14,190 nucleotides of DNA from NCBI GenBank assembly GCA_048886185.1, contig JBHLKY010000044.1, positions 1 through 14,190 on the forward strand. Direction: 5' to 3'. A program made the position numbers and the translations under genes. Below the pieces are notes generated by a model. The model was given only the letters and a program-made list of their open reading frames with translations, searched no databases and was not told the DNA's origin. Each line of letters opens with the position of its first letter. Positions within the stretch are counted from its first letter, which is position 1. This document shows positions 1 to 8,020 of the stretch, piece by piece. The stretch is from Candidatus Hermodarchaeota archaeon (GTDB lineage: Archaea > Asgardarchaeota > Heimdallarchaeia > Hodarchaeales > Hodarchaeaceae).

Positions 1-380
1 ACCTCTTTGGCCCCAATGCAAGTAGCACCTACACAATTGTCTGTCAATGTACCTGTGATAATTAATTGAGTGATATTTCTCGTCTCAAGTTCTTTCTGAA
101 AATTTGTTTTTTTGAATGTGTTGGGATATCGTTTATGAACCAGAAGATCATTCTCATGCTTTGTTAGCTGAGGGTGGAGTTGCCATTTATCTGATCCCTC
201 AATGAGGGTGGTATTGTTCGCATGTTGAATGTATATGATAGGAATATTGACTGATCGGGCGTACTTTTCTAACTTATTGATGTTTTCCAATAATTTTTTC
301 TCTCTGTATATTGGTGTTTGCCGTTGAAAAAGCCCTATTTGAACATCAACAACAATTAAGGCGGTATTTTCCCACTTCAT
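1..380 (-). CDS. Isochorismatase-like cysteine hydrolase (nicotinamidase/isochorismatase superfamily), partial, runs off the window edge
   Basis: Not in the ORF track. Manual translation from ATG at 380: MKWENTALIVVDVQIGLFQRQTPIYREKKLLENINKLEKYARSVNIPIIYIQHANN...DLLVHKRYPNTFKKTNFQKELETRNITQLIITGTLTDNCVGATCIGAKE. The Asp (VVDVQ), Lys (HKRY) and Cys (TDNCV) triad has the family spacing. Confidence 0.9.
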   Translation of the reverse strand, partial: MKWENTALIVVDVQIGLFQRQTPIYREKKLLENINKLEKYARSVNIPIIYIQHANNTTLIEGSDKWQLHPQLTKHENDLLVHKRYPNTFKKTNFQKELETRNITQLIITGTLTDNCVGATCIGAKE

Positions 381-494
381 AGATAGCGGTTTAATTTGAT
401 GAAACTTAAGAGTTTTGAAATTGGCAATTATATCAATAGAAAAATCAAAATTATACGTGAATAAGTTTACTTTCCTTAACAGGATGAGGTTCTC

Positions 495-2105
495 TTGGAA
501 ATTGATGACCCTGAAGTGAACTGTGACATATTAATCATTGGTTCAGGAATCGCTGGCCTATCTCTTGCTCTCAAATTGGCTAAATTTGGGAAAATAGTGA
601 TTTTAACAAAAACGATACTTGCTGATTGTGCAACAGCTTTGGCTCAAGGGGGAATTGCTTCTGTCTTTCGGACGGAGGATTCTTTTGGAGCTCATTTACA
701 AGATACACTTACTGTAGGTGAAGGAATTTGTCATCGTGATATTGCGCAACAAATTATATCTGCTGCACCTGCACGTATTCAGGAATTGGTTTCATGGGGT
801 GTTGAATTTTCAAAAACTGGAAAGGGGGATTTTGATCTTGGATTAGAGGCTGGTCATTCATATCGACGAATTCTCCACGCTAGGGATATAACAGGAGCCG
901 AAATTCATCGGGCGCTTTGTGCAGCAATTACACGAGAGTCCCAAGTTGAAATTCTTGAACAACACATTGCTATCAATCTAAAGATTCGTGCTGGGCGTTG
1001 TTTAGGCGCCTACGTGTTGGACAAAACGCGAGGGGTAGTTAAGAACTTCTCTGCTAAAGTAACAGTTCTCGCTACTGGCGGTTTAGGGAAGGCTTTCCTC
1101 TATACTAGCAATCCTGATGTCTCAAGCGGAGACGGCATCGCAATGGCATATCGTGCGGGAGCAACCATAATGAATATGGAATTTATACAATTCCATCCTA
1201 CTCTTCTATACCATCCATACGCGAAATCTTTTCTGATATCAGAGGCTTTACGTGGTGAGGGTGCACGATTAATAGACAGTGATGGTAATCGGTTCATGGA
1301 AGCTTATGATTCTCGTCTAGAATTGGCTCCACGAGATATTGTTGCCCGAGCTATCGATTCAGAATTAAAACGGACAGGAGTAAACCACCTCTTCTTGGAT
1401 ATTTCATTTAAAGACTCATCATTTATAAAAAACCGATTTCCTAGCATTTACGATAAATGTTTTTCTTTTGGGATAGATATAACTAAAGAACCCATACCCA
1501 TCGTACCCGCAGCTCATTATTCTATAGGTGGCGTTCGTACAACAATTTCTGGTGTGACAGATATACCTGGGCTTTTAGCAATTGGAGAAGTAAGTTGTAC
1601 AGGATTTCATGGAGCCAATCGGTTGGCTTCCAATTCATTATTAGAAGCAGCTGTTATGGCTCATTATGCAGCTCAAACATGTAGAGATTTGATAGATAAG
1701 GAAAAACCACTTTCTTTTTCACCTTGGCACGCTGGAAATGCTGTTGATAGCGATGAATCCGTTGTTGTCAGTCAAAATTGGATGGAAATTCGTTTAATGA
1801 TGTGGAATTACGTAGGAATCGTTAGATCTGACAAACGTCTTCGACGGGCTAAGCAGCGAATTCAATTACTTCAAGACGAGATTAATCAATATTATTGGGA
1901 TTTTAAAATCACTTCTGACCTTATTGAGCTCAGGAACCTCGCTGATATAGCACAAATGATTATCGATTCAGCTTTCCATCGTAAAGAGAGTCGTGGTGCG
2001 CACTATACTGTTAATTATCCATATAAACGTAAAACTGCCAAAGATACCCTCATTAGGAAATCAGTGGTCAGTGATTTGCTGGCTCAAGAAACACAAAATC
2101 ATTGA
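495..2105 (+). CDS. nadB: L-aspartate oxidase (FAD-dependent, de novo NAD biosynthesis)
   Basis: GSGIAG FAD motif; AQGGIA, HSYRRILH, QFHPT, SEALRGEG, LAPRDIVARAI, AAHY and HGANRLASNSLLE; C-terminal ELRNL...RKESRGAHY. TTG start with GAGGT at 486-490. Confidence 0.95.
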   Translation: MEIDDPEVNCDILIIGSGIAGLSLALKLAKFGKIVILTKTILADCATALAQGGIASVFRTEDSFGAHLQDTLTVGEGICHRDIAQQIISAAPARIQELVSWGVEFSKTGKGDFDLGLEAGHSYRRILHARDITGAEIHRALCAAITRESQVEILEQHIAINLKIRAGRCLGAYVLDKTRGVVKNFSAKVTVLATGGLGKAFLYTSNPDVSSGDGIAMAYRAGATIMNMEFIQFHPTLLYHPYAKSFLISEALRGEGARLIDSDGNRFMEAYDSRLELAPRDIVARAIDSELKRTGVNHLFLDISFKDSSFIKNRFPSIYDKCFSFGIDITKEPIPIVPAAHYSIGGVRTTISGVTDIPGLLAIGEVSCTGFHGANRLASNSLLEAAVMAHYAAQTCRDLIDKEKPLSFSPWHAGNAVDSDESVVVSQNWMEIRLMMWNYVGIVRSDKRLRRAKQRIQLLQDEINQYYWDFKITSDLIELRNLADIAQMIIDSAFHRKESRGAHYTVNYPYKRKTAKDTLIRKSVVSDLLAQETQNH

Positions 2106-2315
2106 AAACAATTGTGGAGTTCTTCAGGATGATTCACACCCTTTCAAATATCATTTTCAGGTTTTGACAAATTTATTTCTGACTAATATTGAATGAAAAA
2201 TTTATTGTAATTTTGACAACTAAAATCATTGTTGGAGCAAAAAACTAAAGAATAAAATAAAGGAGGACAATAAACGGGCAAACACCCCGATTATTTTGAG
2301 GAAAATGCATTGTCA

Positions 2316-2480
2316 ATGGTAGAATTACTTACAAAAGAAAATTACCCAGAATTATCAGGATCATGGGATATACCCTGCATGATTTGTGAGCATTTAGAAA
2401 AATGTAGCATAGGTCAGGAGTTCAATCCTATTGGTTGTCCCTGGTTAAACCATTATTTAGCAATGCAGTTAAATCCTTAA
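2316..2480 (+). CDS. 54-aa protein with an RPC34/TFE-beta-type four-Cys (putative 4Fe-4S) motif
   Basis: Below the ORF-track cutoff. MVELLTKENYPELSGSWDIPCMICEHLEKCSIGQEFNPIGCPWLNHYLAMQLNP*. Motif PC-x2-C-x5-C-x2-G-x4-P-x2-C-x2-L. GAGG at 2298-2301; an in-frame TTG at 2310 is an alternative start; T-rich tracts follow the stop. Confidence 0.75.
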   Translation: MVELLTKENYPELSGSWDIPCMICEHLEKCSIGQEFNPIGCPWLNHYLAMQLNP

Positions 2481-2537
2481 TCCTTTTCTGATTCCAATAC
2501 TCTTTTTGATATTATTGCAGCTTTTTCTTAGCCTCAT

Positions 2538-2551
2538 CAGAAATTTTTAAT
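2538..2551 (+). promoter_or_regulatory. Putative BRE-TATA promoter for a leaderless radical SAM transcript
   Basis: CAGAAA followed by TTTTTAAT (2544-2551), about 24-31 nt upstream of the ATG at 2575. No SD precedes that ATG. Confidence 0.4.
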
Positions 2552-2574
2552 TTATGTAATTTTGAATTACCTTT

Positions 2575-4023
2575 ATGAAATTAATTTTGATAGAACCTCC
2601 CAAACAATTCTGGTTTGTGATGGGGGACTATTTACCACCTCCTTACAGTCTTCTTCTCTTAGCTGCAGTAGTAGAGAAAGAACTACCTGATGTCGAGATA
2701 AAAGTTATTGACTCTCAAGCGGAAGAATTAGACTGGGCAGGGTTAAAAGAAAGGATTAAGAAAGAAAAAGCTGATATTATCGGTACGGGGAGTCACGCTA
2801 CCTGTAATGTGTATAAGACGATTCGTACGCTTAATCTTGCTAAACAGGTAGATCCAGAAGTAATCACCATTACTGGTGGATCACACTTCACCGTTCTCGA
2901 TGAGGAAACCTTAACTCAATACCCTTTCATTGATATTATTCTTCGTTATGAGGCAGAGAAGTCCCTTGTAGATTTATTAAGACATTTTCAGACTAATGGT
3001 ATGTCTAAAGATGGATTAAAGAATGTTAGAGGAATAGCATTCAGACAAAATGGTGAATTTCGAAGAACATCTGATTATCTCCCCCTAACAAACGATGAGT
3101 TGGATAATTTACCATATCCCGCGTATCATCTACTCCCAGATATGAAGCGATACCATTTTGCCATGATGAGTGATACACCCTACATTCTTCTTGAAGGGTC
3201 AAGAGGTTGCACACATCATTGTACATTCTGTTCTCAAACCACTTTTTATCGTCATCATTGGAGCACCAAATCAGTAAAGCGAATAGCTAATGAAATGGAG
3301 TGGATGTATGATACATTTGGTAGTCGATTCTTTTGGTTCACAGACGACAATTTCTGTGGAGGTTCTCCCCGAAGAATCGAAGAACTCTGTCAAGAGTTGT
3401 TAGCTCGTGGATTAAATGGTGATGATATTGAGTGGTTTGCTCAGATGAGGGCTGATAGTATTATTAAAGTTGGTGATGGATTATCCACAATGAACCGCAC
3501 AGGTAATTATTGGCAACTCGTGGGTGGAGAGTCCCCCTTTACAAGTGTATTAAACGATTTTAATAAAGGGATTCGCGGAGATCAAACAGTCATTGCAATA
3601 AAACTATTGAAAAGAAATAATATTTTGGCTCAACTTATGATCATGTTGGGTCATGAAAATGAAACACGAGAATCCATACAAAAGACCATGAAATGGGCAA
3701 CAGATGTCGTTAAACCAGATTTTATTATCACAATGCTAGTAACGCCATACCCTGGAACACCATTGTATGAGGATTTAAATCAGAAGGGACGGATCATTGA
3801 TAACAATTGGACGAATTATGATATGATTCATGCGGTTTGTGATATGAAATATCTCACAGCAGCTGAATTGCAGGAGGAACTGTATAAAGCTTATCGTCAT
3901 GTTTATGACAGTTGGTCCAGACGATTTGGAGGAATATTCTCAAAAAACAAGTATAAACGAAGAATCTTTTGGTATTACTTCAAAGCGGGCGTTATTGGTC
4001 AGCTTAGGCGATTAATTCCGTAG
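2575..4023 (+). CDS. Cobalamin (B12)-binding-domain radical SAM enzyme (class B methyltransferase/BchE-like)
   Basis: N-terminal B12-binding-like domain (LILIEPP...PPYSLLLLAA...ITITGGSHFT); CxxxCxxC in SRGCTHHCTFC; FTDDNF and TPYPGTPLY motifs; no C-terminal SPASM Cys cluster. Confidence 0.9.
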   Translation: MKLILIEPPKQFWFVMGDYLPPPYSLLLLAAVVEKELPDVEIKVIDSQAEELDWAGLKERIKKEKADIIGTGSHATCNVYKTIRTLNLAKQVDPEVITITGGSHFTVLDEETLTQYPFIDIILRYEAEKSLVDLLRHFQTNGMSKDGLKNVRGIAFRQNGEFRRTSDYLPLTNDELDNLPYPAYHLLPDMKRYHFAMMSDTPYILLEGSRGCTHHCTFCSQTTFYRHHWSTKSVKRIANEMEWMYDTFGSRFFWFTDDNFCGGSPRRIEELCQELLARGLNGDDIEWFAQMRADSIIKVGDGLSTMNRTGNYWQLVGGESPFTSVLNDFNKGIRGDQTVIAIKLLKRNNILAQLMIMLGHENETRESIQKTMKWATDVVKPDFIITMLVTPYPGTPLYEDLNQKGRIIDNNWTNYDMIHAVCDMKYLTAAELQEELYKAYRHVYDSWSRRFGGIFSKNKYKRRIFWYYFKAGVIGQLRRLIP

Positions 4024-4058
4024 GTTTGAATGGATTTGAATAATTATCAAAAAAGTTT

Positions 4059-4189
4059 TCAAACTTACAGATATTATCTAAAATAATAACTATCTGGCTT
4101 TTAGTGTGGTATTTTCTTGGATCTATCAAACTTACAGAGATTATCTAAAATAATAACTATCTGGCTTTTAGTGTGGTATTTTCTTGGAT
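4059..4189. repeat. Tandem direct repeat, 64 nt x2 with a 67-nt period and one mismatch
   Basis: 4059-4122 and 4126-4189 both read TCAAACTTACAGA(T/G)ATTATCTAAAATAATAACTATCTGGCTTTTAGTGTGGTATTTTCTTGGAT. Confidence 0.95.
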
Positions 4190-4524
4190 TCCTATATATG
4201 GTGATCTCATTTTTACCATCTGTATCAGTATGGAATATTCAAGAATCATTGAATTTTGAAGATAGTTCATTGAATATAGAAAGTAAAAGTATAGTGCAAG
4301 TATTACTATCTGCTGCGCTTTGGCCTATTATATTAGTCGCACTTCTCACAGTTGGTTTATTAATTGGGGGAGAAGTTGTTGGATACGAATATAGCTCGAA
4401 TATCCCGCTTCTCATCCTCTTGTACTATATTAAAGTGGTTCAAGCATTTCTAATTCTCTTTTTAACAGGAATTTTGTCTGGAATCATTGCATTACTTCTC
4501 ATAAGGCAAAGAATATTTAAGTAG
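4117..4524 (+). CDS. Small hypothetical membrane protein (about 3-4 TM helices)
   Basis: 135-aa ORF with several long hydrophobic stretches and a basic C-terminus (IRQRIFK). The TTG start lies at the junction of the tandem repeat. Confidence 0.65.
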   Translation: MDLSNLQRLSKIITIWLLVWYFLGFLYMVISFLPSVSVWNIQESLNFEDSSLNIESKSIVQVLLSAALWPIILVALLTVGLLIGGEVVGYEYSSNIPLLILLYYIKVVQAFLILFLTGILSGIIALLLIRQRIFK

Positions 4525-4575
4525 AAGAAACTAGAAGTAATTTTAGAATATCTATGGTTATTTCAGATGATTATC

Positions 4576-5415
4576 TCAATATTCCGCAAGATTACCTTCT
4601 TTTTTAGCAGCTTGAACTGTGCGACGAAAATACCAAATCCCTAGAAGAGGGAGAACAATTGCTGATACCACTACGATAACAAACTCAAATTCAAAGGGTA
4701 ATAACTCTGGTGCTTCTCCAATCATGACGGTCCGAAATAAATCCACACAGTAAGAAAGGGGAATTAATCGAGAGAACACTTGAATGAATTCAGGAAGAGC
4801 TGAGAAAGGAAAGAACATTGCACATACTATCATGAGAAGGAATTGAAGAAAGTTAGTAAAGGTATTCATAGATTCCTTATACTTCAAAGCGAGTCCAGCA
4901 AATCCAAATGAAAAACCAAAACATACAAAAAGGCTAAAGAACAATACAATAAGACCAAAACCTAAATTTGCAAGAGGTAACTGGCCAAACACGAGAGACA
5001 TGAAGAAAAAAGTGACAATTACATTGAGGCCTGTCCACATAAGATTAGCAAAGATCCTGGAAACTAATGTAGAGAAGTAGCTGATAGGGGTCATGAATAA
5101 GGACTCTAAAGTGCCTTGATATTGTTCCTCTCGTAACGAATTGCCTATATCCCAAAGCGCTGTAGAAAGAAACATAAATAAGATAAAGGAATAAAACATT
5201 ATACCAATCCCATAAGAAGCCTTATCTGGGGGAGTCAAGACTAATGCTGCTACCGTAAAAATGAACATAATGAAAAAAATCTGGAAAAAACTTAAGATAA
5301 AGGATAATTTGTAACGTGTTAATACAGTGAATTCTTTTTTTGTCATAGACCAGAATTGATTCCACCACAGTTGAAAACCATGTACTTGTTGTTTATTGAG
5401 AGAGATAATAGCCAT
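4576..5415 (-). CDS. ABC-2 type exporter permease
   Basis: About 6 TM segments; EEQYQGTLESLFMTP; MFFPFSALP...LIPLSYCVDLFR. AGGAGG SD overlaps the upstream gene's TAG stop. Confidence 0.92.
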   Translation of the reverse strand: MAIISLNKQQVHGFQLWWNQFWSMTKKEFTVLTRYKLSFILSFFQIFFIMFIFTVAALVLTPPDKASYGIGIMFYSFILFMFLSTALWDIGNSLREEQYQGTLESLFMTPISYFSTLVSRIFANLMWTGLNVIVTFFFMSLVFGQLPLANLGFGLIVLFFSLFVCFGFSFGFAGLALKYKESMNTFTNFLQFLLMIVCAMFFPFSALPEFIQVFSRLIPLSYCVDLFRTVMIGEAPELLPFEFEFVIVVVSAIVLPLLGIWYFRRTVQAAKKEGNLAEY

Positions 5416-5427
5416 GATTATTTCCTC

Positions 5428-6291
5428 CTAAAATTGTCCAATTCCCTCTGCTCTTTTACTCCTTGCTTCTGTCTTAGCAAAGAGCCAGTATCCGATGAGG
5501 GGGCAAATGATAGCAAAAGCAAAGAGTACACCTAAATCCAGAAATATATTACCAAAAAGCCACTTAAGACCAGTAAGCGCTGCCTGAATATCGTGAGTAA
5601 CATAAAAACCTGGGAACATGAAAGCAAAAAGCTGTATAAAAAGTGGTAACACAGTAACGGGAAAGAAAACACCAGAGATTATTGCTAAGGGCCATTGGAA
5701 CGTGTTGAAAATAGTATTGGCTTGTTTAACCTTCAAAACTAGCGCACCAAGAAGGAAAGATAAACCATTAACAGGGATCAATCCTAGGAGAAGGATAAAT
5801 AGTGCTAAGAGTACTTGTCCTTGTAGTGGATTGACTCCGAAAATGATACAACCTAAAGCATATCCTAGTACAAATGTGAAAAGGGATCTTGCTTCCACAT
5901 AAAGTGTCAATCCCGCTAAAATAGAAAGTTTATGGGCAGGAGACATAAATAGAGATTCAAGAGTTCCAAGAGTCTGCTCACGACGAATGAAAAGACCGAA
6001 GAGCCAGAATGAAGTCATTATAGATGAAAAAACATTTGCCCCAATAATAATAAAAGCGATGTAGTTTGCTTCACTTAAACCAGTATTTTTTTGGAAGTTA
6101 GCAGACGCAGCAGCAGTGGAACCAGCCATAGCTTGGCCTAATAAAATAGGCATGGCGGCCAGAAACAATGGTGTGAGAACATCCATGAATAAAGCTCCCT
6201 TATACCGTGAAATGACCTTTAATCGAACAATAAATGTCCCCCATAATACTCCTAGATGGCTGCTAAAAGAAATATCAGTTGATAGTACCAT
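5428..6291 (-). CDS. ABC-2 type exporter permease
   Basis: REQTLGTLESLFMSP; ISGVFFPVTVLP; multiple TM helices; GAGGT SD. Confidence 0.92.
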   Translation of the reverse strand: MVLSTDISFSSHLGVLWGTFIVRLKVISRYKGALFMDVLTPLFLAAMPILLGQAMAGSTAAASANFQKNTGLSEANYIAFIIIGANVFSSIMTSFWLFGLFIRREQTLGTLESLFMSPAHKLSILAGLTLYVEARSLFTFVLGYALGCIIFGVNPLQGQVLLALFILLLGLIPVNGLSFLLGALVLKVKQANTIFNTFQWPLAIISGVFFPVTVLPLFIQLFAFMFPGFYVTHDIQAALTGLKWLFGNIFLDLGVLFAFAIICPLIGYWLFAKTEARSKRAEGIGQF

Positions 6292-6307
6292 CTCTAAACC
6301 TCAGATA

Positions 6308-7351
6308 TTAATTTGAAGCGTCAATTTGACGCGTGTCATCCATCAATGACCGACCTGTGATATGTACAAATACATCTTCTAAAGTAGTCTCTTGTTTGTC
6401 AATATTTCGGATGACTGCTCCTTTAACGTTTAGAGTTGAGATAATTTCAGGGAGGATCTGACGACTATCCTCACAAACAACGTTTAGATATGGTTTCTCA
6501 TTTGTAGAACCATTATTTGACCGTTTGACAAGCATCGTGGCTGATATAACACCTGGAAGAGAGATCACCGCGAGTCTTGCTTCTTCAGAGATGGTACCCT
6601 CAATACTAAGTATGTCAGATTGGTTCAATCTGTCTTTCAAGTCATGAGGGTCATCAAGAGCGATGATCTGACCGTGATCAATGATCGCAATCCTATGACA
6701 AAGCTCTTCCGCTTCGTACATTTGATGAGTACAATAGATGATGGTCTTATTCTCAGATTCATTGTGTTCTTTGACGATTTTTCTGAGACGTCTTGCTTCT
6801 TTGACATCAAGAGTATTAGTGGGCTCATCTAGCATTAAAATGGGAGCATCATTGATCAATGATCGAGCGAAAACCATCTTCATTTTTTGACCAGAGGAGT
6901 AAGTTTCGACTGTCCTATCAGCAATCTTCTCTAGCTCTAACAGATCAATGAGGTTTTGAATACGCTCTCGTCGCACTTTTTTGGGGACATGGTACAAAGC
7001 TCCGAAATATTCCAAGTTTTCACGACCAGTAAGTTTCCAATATAGTCCTCGTTCACCCATCAACATGGCTCCAATAGAGGCTTTGACCTGCTTATCCTGA
7101 TCTAGAGAAAATCCGTTAACTTTGGCTGTACCTGAAGTAGGCAGGAGGAGAGTGGTCAAAATTTTTATCAAAGTAGTCTTCCCTGCACCATTCGGGCCAA
7201 GAAGGCCAAAAATCTCCCCCTGATTGACATGAAAAGAAACGCCTTTTAATGCCTCCACTTCATTTTTTTGACTACGAAATAATCCTGTTCGCTTCTTAGA
7301 GAAATAGATTTTACTTAAATCCTGAACTTCGATCATTTTTTGGTGGGACAT
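6308..7351 (-). CDS. ABC exporter ATP-binding subunit (DrrA/NodI-like) with a C-terminal accessory domain
   Basis: Walker A GPNGAGKT, signature YSSGQ, Walker B ILMLDEPT, H-loop CTH; C-terminal TLEDVFVHITG. Confidence 0.96.
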   Translation of the reverse strand: MSHQKMIEVQDLSKIYFSKKRTGLFRSQKNEVEALKGVSFHVNQGEIFGLLGPNGAGKTTLIKILTTLLLPTSGTAKVNGFSLDQDKQVKASIGAMLMGERGLYWKLTGRENLEYFGALYHVPKKVRRERIQNLIDLLELEKIADRTVETYSSGQKMKMVFARSLINDAPILMLDEPTNTLDVKEARRLRKIVKEHNESENKTIIYCTHQMYEAEELCHRIAIIDHGQIIALDDPHDLKDRLNQSDILSIEGTISEEARLAVISLPGVISATMLVKRSNNGSTNEKPYLNVVCEDSRQILPEIISTLNVKGAVIRNIDKQETTLEDVFVHITGRSLMDDTRQIDASN

Positions 7352-7389
7352 GAGTAAGTAACCTTCAATTGAGTTTATGAAAATGAGAC

Positions 7390-7429
7390 TGTAATAAAAT
7401 TACATTAACTGTTTTGTATTAAAATTACA
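7390..7429. promoter_or_regulatory. Two palindromic operator-like sites upstream of the ABC operon
   Basis: TGTAAT-AAA-ATTACA (7390-7404, perfect 6-bp arms) and TGTATT-AAA-ATTACA (7415-7429, one mismatch), 25 nt apart and 39-78 nt upstream of the ATG at 7351. Confidence 0.6.
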
Positions 7430-7896
7430 GAAAGCATTTAAATAGCCTTTCGTTTCGGCAATCCTCCTCTGGCGATATAAAATCTCACTTAGCTGAAACT
7501 AATTTTAGATTCGCTTTTCTTTATCGGTTAAAACTCTTCTTTTTAGAATCGAACTCAATAATCTAAGAGATCACCATATTTAGGGAAATATTATTCTCTA
7601 AATTGGTAACCATTTTAGATTTTGCCACAGATTTTAGTATAATAGAAAATGATACCTAGAAGGAATTTATTGAGCCTTAAAAGTTGGATAGTGTTAAGTT
7701 CTTTCTTCAAAAAGCTTTTTCTCAACACAGAAAATGGAGAGAAATACTATTGATCTTCCTTTTCCTATCTCGTTGCCAAATTTCTTATAATACGGGCTGT
7801 AACACTGGATATAGCAATTATTTAAGAAATAAGATTGATTTCATTTAGAAATATGTCTGTATTAGCTTAAATAGCTACTGATGTCATTTATTCTCA

Positions 7897-8009
7897 GGAC
7901 AGAAATGTGGAGATACTAGTCGGTCACATTCAGTCGCATCAGACCTGCTAGTCCGAATAGCCTCATGGCTTTCCTTGCGACTCTTTCTGTCATGTAACTC
8001 TTTTTCTTT
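7897..8009 (+). ncRNA. Candidate structured small RNA or cis-regulatory leader, family not recognised
   Basis: Nested helices: GACAGAAA/TTTCTGTC, AGTCGCA/TGCGACT, AATGTG/CACATT, AGCC/GGCT and GAC/GTC. TATA-like TTAAATAG at 7867-7874 and a T-rich tract at 7999-8009. The strand is not certain. Confidence 0.45.
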
Positions 8010-8020
8010 GGTGAGTCTTC

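Noticed and set aside
4059-4189. Direct repeats as a CRISPR array
   Set aside because: Only two copies, 64 nt long, with a 3-nt gap; no spacers and no cas genes.
5413-5430. The two permease genes are in the same frame, separated by TAG plus four codons (possible readthrough fusion)
   Set aside because: The spacer is a standard AGGAGG SD for the second gene's own ATG, and a shared frame has a one-in-three chance.
1100-6832. Short ORF-track entries 1100-1297, 1993-2196, 3041-3226, 5618-5902, 6116-6316, 6620-6832 and 6637-6828
   Set aside because: Antisense or alternate-frame shadows of well-supported genes, with no recognisable motifs.
7890-8000. Match of the structured element to glycine, cobalamin, TPP or c-di-GMP riboswitches, hammerhead or twister-sister ribozymes, SECIS or tRNA
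   Set aside because: Only short fragments resemble these (CTCAGG, AGACCTGC, CTGATG, GCAAGG); the required core motifs and helix order are missing by eye.
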